Assembly: GCA_001001115.1 (NCBI GenBank)
Contig: LCIO01000001.1
Span: 172,710-236,709, forward strand
Length of the DNA: 64,000 nt
Direction: 5' to 3'
Source of the DNA: Candidatus Wolfebacteria bacterium GW2011_GWA1_44_24
Lineage (GTDB): Bacteria > Patescibacteriota > Minisyncoccia > UBA6257 > UBA9933
This document shows positions 9,285-17,426 of the stretch, piece by piece; within the stretch, counting starts at the first letter, position 1, and each line of letters starts with the position of its first letter. Made by a program: the position numbers and the translations under genes. The notes below the pieces were generated by a model. The model did no database searches, had not been told where the DNA came from, and saw nothing but the letters and a program-made list of their open reading frames with translations.

Positions 9285-9845
9285 TTAAAACAGATTTTTT
9301 GTTTTTACTCCCATCGGCCCTTTCTGTTTTGAATAAAGAGATTTCTTTCTTTTGTTGTAGGGAATTTCCGCCGGCGAAGACAGATATTCAACCGCAATCT
9401 GGCAAATATGCATATTCGGATATAAAGCAACGGCGATATTCGACTGATTGCTAATTTCCAAAGTAAGCGTTCCTTCAAAACCCGGGTCAACAAAACCGGC
9501 GCTATGCACTAAAATTCCCATTCTTGCCAATGAACTTTTACCCTCAACTCTTACAACTAAATCGGCCGGCACTTTGATATATTCAACCGTGCTGGTCAAG
9601 ACAAAATTATTGGGATGGAGAACAAAAGATTCCGCGTCTTTTAATTTATAAGTTTTATAAAAATCTTTCGGCAGTTCTTTTTTTATGTCCAACAAACTAT
9701 TTCTTTCGGGATGAAAAACTTTGAAAATCGGGCTTAATTTTAAATCAACCGAAGCCGGCCCGATTTGATCCACGTCTAATTTCGGCTTAAAAACCAATTT
9801 GCCTTCTTTAATTGTTTTTTTAATGTCTCTATCTGAAAGAATCAT
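9285..9845 (-). CDS. dcd: dCTP deaminase (possibly bifunctional dCTP deaminase/dUTPase)
   Basis: 186 aa. MILSDRDIKK, GPASVDLKL, EGKSSLARMGI and VDPGFEG are dCTP deaminase/dUTPase-fold motifs. Confidence 0.88.
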   Translation of the reverse strand: MILSDRDIKKTIKEGKLVFKPKLDVDQIGPASVDLKLSPIFKVFHPERNSLLDIKKELPKDFYKTYKLKDAESFVLHPNNFVLTSTVEYIKVPADLVVRVEGKSSLARMGILVHSAGFVDPGFEGTLTLEISNQSNIAVALYPNMHICQIAVEYLSSPAEIPYNKRKKSLYSKQKGPMGVKTKNLF

Positions 9846-9846
9846 A

Positions 9847-11352
9847 TTAAAAAATTAATGATTTATCTTGATTATAATCTAACCGCTGCTTTAACGCAAT
9901 TTCGGCTTTTTGAAGTTCGGCGCCGATATCAAGCAAATGGTCGGTTCTGCTTAAAATCTCAAGCTGGGCAATTTTTTTCATTATTTCTTTGGCTGTTTCG
10001 CCTTCAAAATTCATTAAATCTTCTCCTTGCGGGCCCTGAAAATCAGCGAAAATTTTTCCGTCTTTTACCTTAATTATCAAATATCCCCTAATATCTCTCT
10101 GCGTATCGAGGTCAAAAACCAAACTCGGCGTCCTTTCCCAAAACGCGCATTTTACCAATTGATAAGCATTATTCCAATCTTGTTCGTAAATATGGGCTGA
10201 TTGCGACGTAATCTGAAGATACCCCAATTCAAATCCCAGTTTTTCACAAACTCTTTTTTGTAAAATCCGCAAACCAAAAGCGTTGGGAATCGCGGCTTTG
10301 AAAATATCATGGCTTCTAACTGTCGCCAAAAAATGAAGTTTGCCGCGGCTTTGAAGAGCTTGAAGCTGAGTAATGCAAGGCGGCTCTTTTGAAAAAGCGT
10401 CAACCTCCGGAACCAATGTTGTCGCCACCGCCCTTCGCGAATCCGGAGAATCTTTTAATTGCTTGATAATCACTTCTTCAATTTGGTCTAATTTTCTGTC
10501 ATTCAACGGATAACGCATTAAACGATTTCCGTAAGTGTAAGAAATTCCCGTCGGCGGTTCAGGCGACAAAAACACCGAATAATATTCTTTGATGTCCTTT
10601 TCCGTAGCGCCCGTAACTTTTTGCAATTCTTCCGGCCACTCTAAAGCCAATAACAAGTCCGGCTTATCTGGATTCTCATCGCTTATTACCCAAGTTACTC
10701 CAATCAACTCCCTCTGCTGATAGCCGTATTGCGTTCCTTTAATCAAACCGTATCTCATTATCCTTTCAACCACTCTTGTCCATGCTTCAATAATTGTTTT
10801 CCCGCGCGCCAACCAGCCGACTTCTTCCGAAGGAAAAGTTTCCACTTTTTCCAAAACAGCTTCGGGAAATTTTATCGGCTCCATATACGGTTCGCCAACC
10901 GCTTCGATTTTTTCAATATATTTTTCCGCTTCTTCAAATAAAAGATGGCTTATGTCAATCAATTCAACATTGCCAATAATCTTTTTTACAATCTCTGCGT
11001 CGATTTCTTTTTCCAGTTTGAATTTTGTTCCCCCCACAATACCATCCGAATCAATACCCTCGTTCCAAATTTTCTCAATCAGTGATTTTCCCATTAAACC
11101 GAACTGGGTATTGGAAAGCCCGCCGTTTCCCCAAAGAACGATTTTTCTGATTTGCGGATTAAGCGCCAAATTCCGCAAAACAATATTCACTCCGGAACGG
11201 CTGTAAAGAGTGCCTAAAATCGCTGTTTTTTCCTGTAAAATTTTTGATTTACCGAAAACAGCTTCCGCTTCGTTCCAAATCGTGCAAAAACCGATTGATT
11301 TTCCGCTGCCTAAATACACTTTATATTTTTCCGGCTGATATAAAGAAACCAT
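9847..11352 (-). CDS. Three-domain thymidylate-synthase-like protein (MtrA-like N-domain + ThyA-family core + DUF4346-like pterin-binding-type C-domain)
   Basis: 501 aa. The N-terminus resembles MtrA-like proteins (AILGTLYSRSGVNIVLRNLALNPQIRKIVLWGNGGLSNTQFG...NEGID). The core has ThyA motifs: EPPCITQLQAL (catalytic Cys), RSHDIFKAAIPNAFGL and SAHIYEQDW. The C-terminus resembles DUF4346 (GYLIIKV...GETAKEI...DHLLDIGAELQKAEIAL...YNQD). Confidence 0.7.
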   Translation of the reverse strand: MVSLYQPEKYKVYLGSGKSIGFCTIWNEAEAVFGKSKILQEKTAILGTLYSRSGVNIVLRNLALNPQIRKIVLWGNGGLSNTQFGLMGKSLIEKIWNEGIDSDGIVGGTKFKLEKEIDAEIVKKIIGNVELIDISHLLFEEAEKYIEKIEAVGEPYMEPIKFPEAVLEKVETFPSEEVGWLARGKTIIEAWTRVVERIMRYGLIKGTQYGYQQRELIGVTWVISDENPDKPDLLLALEWPEELQKVTGATEKDIKEYYSVFLSPEPPTGISYTYGNRLMRYPLNDRKLDQIEEVIIKQLKDSPDSRRAVATTLVPEVDAFSKEPPCITQLQALQSRGKLHFLATVRSHDIFKAAIPNAFGLRILQKRVCEKLGFELGYLQITSQSAHIYEQDWNNAYQLVKCAFWERTPSLVFDLDTQRDIRGYLIIKVKDGKIFADFQGPQGEDLMNFEGETAKEIMKKIAQLEILSRTDHLLDIGAELQKAEIALKQRLDYNQDKSLIF

Positions 11353-11965
11353 AATTATAGATAATTTCTTTTATTGATTCGAAGACCTTTTCTGTGGATT
11401 TATTGCCGTCAATAAAAACTATATTTTCGTCCGGTAAAACCGTTGGGAGTGCAAGAAAATTTTCCCGCAATTTTTCCTGAAAATCCTTTTGTTCAAAAAC
11501 TTCTTTATGATTTCTATTGCCATCTTTGGCGATTCTTTCAAGGATGATATCAACGGGAACATCGGGAATAATTGTTAAATCCGGCGCCAAAATTCTCTTA
11601 TGCATTTCAATGAGTTTTTTAAGCGCGACTCCTTGCGCCTGCTGATAAGCGAATGTCGAATATTTATACCTGTCACAAACAACATGAATGCCGCGATTTA
11701 AAAAATTATTAATCAATTCCACATGCGCGCGTCTGTCTTTAACAAATAATTCCGCTAAAAGTTCGGCGTTGTCTTTCGGATTAATGCCTTCTTTTAAGAG
11801 CCGTCTTATTTCCCCGTAGTGTTCGCTATTATACGGTTCACGCGTCAAAAAAACATGATTCTTTTTATCGCTGTCAAAAATATAATTTGCCAGCAATTTT
11901 ACTTGCGTTCCTTTGCCACAGCCATCAAGCCCGTCGATCACTATGAATTTCCCCTTTTTATCCAT
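11321..11965 (-). CDS. tmk: dTMP kinase
   Basis: P-loop FIVIDGLDGCGKGTQ, then TREP and DRYKYSTFAYQ. Start trimmed from 12037 to ATG 11965 (MDKKGKFIVIDG). The 3' end overlaps the ThyA-like gene start by 32 nt. Confidence 0.88.
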   Translation of the reverse strand: MDKKGKFIVIDGLDGCGKGTQVKLLANYIFDSDKKNHVFLTREPYNSEHYGEIRRLLKEGINPKDNAELLAELFVKDRRAHVELINNFLNRGIHVVCDRYKYSTFAYQQAQGVALKKLIEMHKRILAPDLTIIPDVPVDIILERIAKDGNRNHKEVFEQKDFQEKLRENFLALPTVLPDENIVFIDGNKSTEKVFESIKEIIYNYGFFISAGKI

Positions 11966-12036
11966 AAATAAATTTTCCATTACGAATTGATTATTTACCA
12001 TCTTATTATAAAGATAGAAAAAATCAAACTCTGTCA

Positions 12037-12074
12037 AAATAAAAAAGCCCGCCTTGAAAAAATTTTTGGCGGGC
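12037..12074 (-). terminator. Rho-independent terminator downstream of thyX
   Basis: Minus-strand RNA reads gcccgcc-aaaaattttttcaa-ggcgggc followed by ttttttatttt. It has a GC stem and a strong U-tract. Confidence 0.7.
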
Positions 12075-12096
12075 CATGGTTTTATTTACTTATTTT

Positions 12097-12801
12097 CTAT
12101 TCTTTTGTTAACGCGGCGCTTTTCCCGTCTTCGGCTATTTTAAAATCGTCGAAAACTACGGGAAAAAGCTTTTGAAATTGCTTTAAAGTATCAACCATCA
12201 CGTACCTGATTTCCCACTGGGCGTGAATGTCGGTCCTCATTTTGAAGATATGCCGCCATTCGCGGAAATTACAAGAAATTACTATTTCCGAACATACCGC
12301 GTTGGGCAAGAGAAAACGGGCATCTTCATTTACTTTTCCTTTTGTCTTGCCCGCTTTAATCGCTTCTTTTAGTTTCTCCTGAAGCTCCTTATACCAGCCG
12401 TCTATCTGTTTTAATCTTTCGCGGTACCAGTCGAGAAGTCCGGCTTCTATTATAGAAGGCGGAACGACATAGTAGTTATTGAAGAAGAACCCGCTTTCGT
12501 CGCAATAACGCTGACTTTCCTGAGAAATCGCCATTAAGCGATGACGAACAAGCTGGTGGGTGGCGGCGCGCGAACAACCGGTAAATCGCACCGCGACCCA
12601 CGAATGTTCAATAACGCTTTCGTGTCCCAGTTTTCTAAGCATTAATACAAACTTCGCGGCCGAATCGTTAGTAATTTTACCCTGCGATTTATAACAAGTG
12701 CGACCAGCTTGTTCAATAAGCTGAATCGGACCGGCTCCGGTTATTCCTGTTGAATAGCCCAAAATTTCTGCTTTCCCATTCATTCCTTTATCCACACTCA
12801 C
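12097..12801 (-). CDS. thyX: Flavin-dependent thymidylate synthase ThyX
   Basis: ThyX signature RHRxxSxxxxSxR is seen as VRHRLMAISQESQRY. GGAGG lies at 12803-12807. The most likely start is GTG at 12795 (7-nt spacer) rather than the GTG at 12801. Confidence 0.9.
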   Translation of the reverse strand: MSVDKGMNGKAEILGYSTGITGAGPIQLIEQAGRTCYKSQGKITNDSAAKFVLMLRKLGHESVIEHSWVAVRFTGCSRAATHQLVRHRLMAISQESQRYCDESGFFFNNYYVVPPSIIEAGLLDWYRERLKQIDGWYKELQEKLKEAIKAGKTKGKVNEDARFLLPNAVCSEIVISCNFREWRHIFKMRTDIHAQWEIRYVMVDTLKQFQKLFPVVFDDFKIAEDGKSAALTKE

Positions 12802-12811
12802 ACCTCCTCTC

Positions 12812-13401
12812 TTATTTCATCTCCAAGATTTTTTTGACTATTCCCCACGCTTTTTCCTTTACTTCCTGCTCCGACGTCACGGTTGTTTCTATGAGATGCC
12901 AAACCGGATTACTTTTTTCTTCCATATATCTTCTATATTGTTCCAGATATCCGATGCGCGCCATTGCGTAAAACTCGAAATTTTCTTTGTCAAACCGCGT
13001 GCAATGGCCGTCTTTGCTTTTAGCTTTCCGCTCAAGGCCGATGCCCGGCTCAACGTCGAGATAAATCACAGCGTCGGGTTTTAAACCGCCGGTGGCGATG
13101 AAATTTAACTGCTCGCAGATTTGAACAAGCTCTCCCTTGACTCTGCCGAAAATCTGATACGCGACGGTTGAATAAGAAAACCTATCGCTAATCACGTTTT
13201 TGCCGCTTTCTAATGCCGGCTTAATCAGCTCATTAACATGCTGAGCCCGGGCGCCGTCCGGATTTTTTCCGCTATTTTAGTTCCGCCCGGTTCGCGGGTA
13301 AAAATCACATCATCACGGCCGGCTAAACGCTGGCGCAAATCCGCCATTACAACGCCTTTTCCAGCCCCTTCTCCTCCCTCTAAAACTATGAATTTGCCCA
13401 T
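12812..13401 (-). pseudogene. tmk: Second dTMP kinase copy, disrupted by a frame change and an internal shortening
   Basis: The N-terminal ORF (13225..13410) carries [13 protein letters not shown]...[15 protein letters not shown], then leaves frame. The C-terminal ORF (12812..13195), extended upstream in its own frame, reads [35 protein letters not shown]...PDAVIYLDV. The frames differ by one nucleotide around 13255-13270, where there is a 6-nt homopolymer. A strong SD (taaggagg, 13411-13418) lies 9 nt upstream of ATG 13401. Confidence 0.65.
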
Positions 13402-13474
13402 TTTAGGCATCCTCCTTATTTAAATTTTTGTCAAAAATACGCTGTGATTAAAATACTATTATTTTTATAAAATG

Positions 13475-14077
13475 TCAATTGAGAAAATTTTTACAAAAAC
13501 TCCTCCGATGAATTGCCGAATATCCGTATTTTTTTATGGCCTTTATATGTTTTTTTGTTCCATAACCTACATTATGAATAAAATCGTAGCGCGGATATTT
13601 TTTATGCAATCTCTTCATCAATTTATCGCGGCGGACTTTGGCGACAATTGACGCCAAAGAAATCGCTTTAATCTTTTCGTCTCCTTTAATAACTGTCTTA
13701 ATTTTTATATTTTTAAATTGTAATTTTGATTTGTTAATATATAATCCGCCATCGAGATAAACTCGACAATTCTTAATTTTAAATTTTTTAATTAAACTCC
13801 CAAAAGCGTTTGCGGCCGCTAAATTCGCCGCCTGAGAAATATTTATTTTATCAATTGTTTTTGGTGGAACTGACACTATCCCATAGGATAGTATTGATTT
13901 TTTGACATAATTAAACCAAGCTTCTCTCTGTTTCGGCGTTAATTTTTTGGAATCTTTCGGTTTTATTTTAAATTTTTTTTTGATTGGCAGCGCCAAAGCC
14001 ACGACAACAACCGGCCCGGCCAACGCTCCCCGCCCCACCTCGTCAATGCCGATAATATATTTATATTTTGCCGACAT
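13475..14077 (-). CDS. rnhB: Ribonuclease HII
   Basis: 200 aa. GIDEVGRGALAGPVVVVA, DSKKLTPKQRE and ASIVAKVRRD are RNase HII motifs. Confidence 0.92.
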   Translation of the reverse strand: MSAKYKYIIGIDEVGRGALAGPVVVVALALPIKKKFKIKPKDSKKLTPKQREAWFNYVKKSILSYGIVSVPPKTIDKINISQAANLAAANAFGSLIKKFKIKNCRVYLDGGLYINKSKLQFKNIKIKTVIKGDEKIKAISLASIVAKVRRDKLMKRLHKKYPRYDFIHNVGYGTKKHIKAIKKYGYSAIHRRSFCKNFLN

Positions 14078-14080
14078 AAT

Positions 14081-14112
14081 AAAAAAGACTGGCTTTAAAC
14101 CAATCTTTTTAT
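14081..14112 (-). terminator. Weak hairpin + U-tract upstream of rnhB
   Basis: Minus-strand RNA reads aagattgg-tttaaag-ccagtctt (8 bp including one G-U) followed by ttttttatt. The U-tract runs into the rnhB ATG. Confidence 0.35.
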
Positions 14113-14145
14113 TTTAACATATTTATCCCGTAATAAGCCGAGCGT

Positions 14146-14379
14146 TTAGAGAGAATTCAAGTCCGCGTCGATTTCTTGAAATTCTTTATCTAAATTATTT
14201 ATGTCGACGCTGTTGAGAGCATCGTTAATTGAAGCGGTGCTGTCTTCCTTAACAACCGGCGCCCCTGCTTTTGGAGCCGCGGGCTGAATTCCTTTTTGAG
14301 ACTGCCAAACCCAAACGCCAAAACCTATCAAAACAATCGCGATAATCAATATTATAACTGTGAGAATAATTTTGTTCAT
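14146..14379 (-). CDS. Small single-pass membrane protein, unknown function
   Basis: 77 aa with an N-terminal TM helix (IILTVIILIIAIVLIGFGVWVW) and an acidic tail. No family recognised. Confidence 0.5.
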   Translation of the reverse strand: MNKIILTVIILIIAIVLIGFGVWVWQSQKGIQPAAPKAGAPVVKEDSTASINDALNSVDINNLDKEFQEIDADLNSL

Positions 14380-14382
14380 ATT

Positions 14383-15222
14383 TTATTGGTTTGAAGAAGT
14401 GGCTGTGCTGGTAGCGGTGCTTGTCGCAACTTCCAATTCATCGACTCTCGGAATCTGCGCCAAAGTCACGGCCGCTTTTTTGACCGCTTCCCTGGCCGCC
14501 TTTACGGTTTCCTGAACTTTCGTTAAATCGTCGTGCAACACCTGCCTTGTCTTGCCGACATCCGTCCTTAAAGCGGCTTCCGTACTAATGATAATCGTGT
14601 AAGTTTTTCCGGCTTGGGCCGCGATCGCCGCCCGACTGGCCGCGATAACGTTATTAGCTTCGGTAATGGCGGTCCTAACCGCGCTGATATCCAAACCATG
14701 AGCTTCGGCTTTATCCGCCCGGCTACCAATGCGGTCAAGAACTTTCTCCAATTTTTCCAGCACGTCGGAAAAATGATCCAATCTCCTTTCGTTTAATTCA
14801 TTAATCTGATTATTAATTCTTTCGACCGTCTGCTTCTTGCGCTCGTCTTTGATTTTTATCAAGCGATTTTTCAGGTCCTCCCGATTCTTCTGAATCTGGC
14901 TCTGCAATTGGGCGCGTTTTTCTTCTATGGTATTTTTAAATTCTTCTCTCTTCTGCTCTATTAAATTTTTGGCTTCTAACCGCTTTTCTTTAAATTCCTC
15001 CAACGCTCCCTCCCTTAACTGGCTTATCTCTCCTTTTAAATTCTGCCTTACTTCCTCGATATTCTGACGAAAATCCTGCTGGATATCGCGGATTTGCTGG
15101 CGGAACGGAGTTGCCGAAGTCCCAGAAGTTTGAGCGGCTGTTGGCAGAATTAAAGCTCCAGCGCTCAATAAGACCGCGATTATCGCCGAAAAACCCATTA
15201 AAAAAATCTTCTTATTCATCAT
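14383..15222 (-). CDS. Secreted/anchored coiled-coil protein with Ser/Thr-rich C-terminal tail, unknown function
   Basis: Start trimmed to MMNKKIFLMGFSAIIAVLLSAGALILPTAAQ (signal peptide-like). The body is long, charged and heptad-rich (apolipoprotein-like). The C-terminus is EVATSTATSTATSSNQ. Confidence 0.55.
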   Translation of the reverse strand: MMNKKIFLMGFSAIIAVLLSAGALILPTAAQTSGTSATPFRQQIRDIQQDFRQNIEEVRQNLKGEISQLREGALEEFKEKRLEAKNLIEQKREEFKNTIEEKRAQLQSQIQKNREDLKNRLIKIKDERKKQTVERINNQINELNERRLDHFSDVLEKLEKVLDRIGSRADKAEAHGLDISAVRTAITEANNVIAASRAAIAAQAGKTYTIIISTEAALRTDVGKTRQVLHDDLTKVQETVKAAREAVKKAAVTLAQIPRVDELEVATSTATSTATSSNQ

Positions 15223-15297
15223 TTTTAATGATAAGCCGCAAAACATTGATGTCAAGGCCAGCTGTGGATAACTCCTGCCCACCGGCAAACAGGTTTT

Positions 15298-16164
15298 TTA
15301 TATTTTATTGAATAATTTTAATCTTGCTCCAACAATTTTTCTGATTTCTTCGACAGCCGGCGACAACAATTTATACGGAACGATCTCTTCGGGATTTTCT
15401 TTTAAAGCCGCATTGAGTCCATTCCGCCAAGCCAGCCGAATTTCGGTGTTAATGTGAATAATTGAGACGCCGGCGTCAATTGCCGCTAAAAATTCTTCGT
15501 CCCTGATACCAGAGCCGCCATGAAGCACCAACGGAACGCCGGCCGCTTCCCTGATTTCTTTTATTCTAGAAATATTAAGATGGGGATTCGGCGTGTTTTT
15601 GAACATTCCGTGGATATTGCCCACAGCCGGCGCCAATAAATCAACTCCGGTTTCTTTAACAAACCGGCTGGCTTCTTCCGGCTTAGTCAAATCTTCTTCT
15701 TTGATTGCCGCGCCTTCGGGAATTTCTTTTAAAATAGTCGACGAACCACCGATATAGCCAAGCTCACCCTCAACCAAAATATCCGGATTGATTGATTTTA
15801 CGTATTCAACAACCGCCTTTGCTTGTTTAATATTTTCCTCAAGCAGCAATTTCCCGCCGTCAAAAAGCACTGCATCAAAACCGGCTTCCACCGCTTCTTT
15901 TATTTTTTCAAAAGAATGAGTATGGTCGGCGTTCAAAAAAATCGGCCAATTGAATTCTTCTCGCAAATTCTTTACAAGTAAAGCCGCTCTTTTGGTTCCG
16001 ATAAAATCCCGTTCGCCTTCGGAAACGCCGATAAGCACCGGCAAATTAAATTCCTGAGTCGCCTTAAAAATACCCTTCAAAGCAACACAATCGGAAATAT
16101 TAAAATGGCCAATCGCGATTTTGCGGCTTTCGGCTTCGTTAATTATTTCTTTCAATGATTTCAT
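15298..16164 (-). CDS. fba: Class II fructose-bisphosphate aldolase
   Basis: 288 aa. GHFNISD, LNADHTHS, VLHGGSG and HINTE are class II aldolase motifs. Confidence 0.9.
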   Translation of the reverse strand: MKSLKEIINEAESRKIAIGHFNISDCVALKGIFKATQEFNLPVLIGVSEGERDFIGTKRAALLVKNLREEFNWPIFLNADHTHSFEKIKEAVEAGFDAVLFDGGKLLLEENIKQAKAVVEYVKSINPDILVEGELGYIGGSSTILKEIPEGAAIKEEDLTKPEEASRFVKETGVDLLAPAVGNIHGMFKNTPNPHLNISRIKEIREAAGVPLVLHGGSGIRDEEFLAAIDAGVSIIHINTEIRLAWRNGLNAALKENPEEIVPYKLLSPAVEEIRKIVGARLKLFNKI

Positions 16165-17426
16165 ATCTCAAACCACCCCTTAATGATGTTTTCTTTTATC
16201 GTTTCCTCCATTTTTTCTTCGCCGAAATACTCGATAAAAATCCTGTTCCAAAGCGATTCCTGATGATGATAAAAATATTTAACCAGTTCTTTTTCCATAA
16301 CCAAAGACATCACCGTGTCAACAAGATTAAAACTCACCAAAACTTCAATACCGGTTTCGTCCTTAAAATAATCTCCGACCCAATTCAAATTCTGCCAAAA
16401 TGCTAAATCAACCGCAAAACCGTCAAGCAAGTCGCCGGCCCGCGAAAGCATTCTCTCCATTCTTTCCCAGTGCAGCGCCTCGGGATTAAGATGAGGAAAA
16501 GACAACCTCCAGTCATTTATATCGTCTTTACCCAAATATCTTTGGACAATCAGCCATTGGGATTTTTGATCTCCGCCAGCCGGTGAAGGCGGCTGACGGT
16601 CAATCACATCTCCCCTTAACAAAGAAATCAAATTATCAGCGAAAGTTTCTTCATTAGCCGCGAATTTTTTAAATAACGAAGAATAAAAAGGAATTTCGTT
16701 CAAATAATGAAGCACCAAAGAAAACATTCTCAATAATTCTCCGGAGATGCCCAAAACAACCGGTATTACAAAGATTATGCCCATTTCCTTAAGATGAGAA
16801 ATGTTGTGATATTTTTTTCTGACGAATGATTCGGCCGCCACCGCCCACTTTTGGTCCAGGGTTTTCAGAATTATTTCTCTTTCTTCAAAATCGCTCGGTT
16901 TGAGAGTTTCATATTGCTTAAAAAAAACATCGTTCAGCCAATCGGCGTCTTCCAAAAAACGAATAGCGCTGAAAATTCCGAAAATATCTTCTTTTTCCAC
17001 CAGCTCATCGACATTTTTATAACCCAAAGAACTTATTATATTTTGGGGAGGCTGGTTTTTCAGCAATTTAACCGCTTTTTCTTTTTTCAGGAAAAATCCC
17101 TTTGGCAAACCGGCAATTTCTTTGGCAACGTTTAAAACATAATTGGAACTCGCCATTTCGGTGATAATCGGCCGGCCCAAAGCTTCAAACAGCAAATTGT
17201 CGTCGGCTTCAATTTTGCTGATTAAAGCGTCATAAATTTCTTTGGCGCTCGATGTCTTGGCCAATCCCAAAAGATTCAATCTGTCGGTTATCATGGTTTC
17301 GTTTCCTTCAATAATTTTATCCATTACGTCTTTTTTGCCTGTAACGGCCGCTAAACGCTCTTCTATTATTCTGATATTATCCCTGTCGGTCCTTAAAATT
17401 CTCGCGATTTTTTCGTAAGATTTCAT
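16161..17426 (-). CDS. Hypothetical protein (421 aa) embedded in the sugar-phosphate operon
   Basis: Long intact ORF with 4-nt overlaps to both neighbours (PfkB kinase upstream, fba downstream). No motif I can recognise, and no TM segments or signal peptide. Confidence 0.6.
   Translation of the reverse strand: MKSYEKIARILRTDRDNIRIIEERLAAVTGKKDVMDKIIEGNETMITDRLNLLGLAKTSSAKEIYDALISKIEADDNLLFEALGRPIITEMASSNYVLNVAKEIAGLPKGFFLKKEKAVKLLKNQPPQNIISSLGYKNVDELVEKEDIFGIFSAIRFLEDADWLNDVFFKQYETLKPSDFEEREIILKTLDQKWAVAAESFVRKKYHNISHLKEMGIIFVIPVVLGISGELLRMFSLVLHYLNEIPFYSSLFKKFAANEETFADNLISLLRGDVIDRQPPSPAGGDQKSQWLIVQRYLGKDDINDWRLSFPHLNPEALHWERMERMLSRAGDLLDGFAVDLAFWQNLNWVGDYFKDETGIEVLVSFNLVDTVMSLVMEKELVKYFYHHQESLWNRIFIEYFGEEKMEETIKENIIKGWFEI

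Noticed and set aside
13875-13892. Short hairpin actatcc-cata-ggatagt inside rnhB, sharing its arm heptamer with the 36-bp palindrome in the SpoU gene.
   Set aside because: Seven-bp-arm hairpins are expected by chance tens of times in 64 kb. With only two loci, a repeat family cannot be claimed. It is noted only as supporting context for the palindrome finding.
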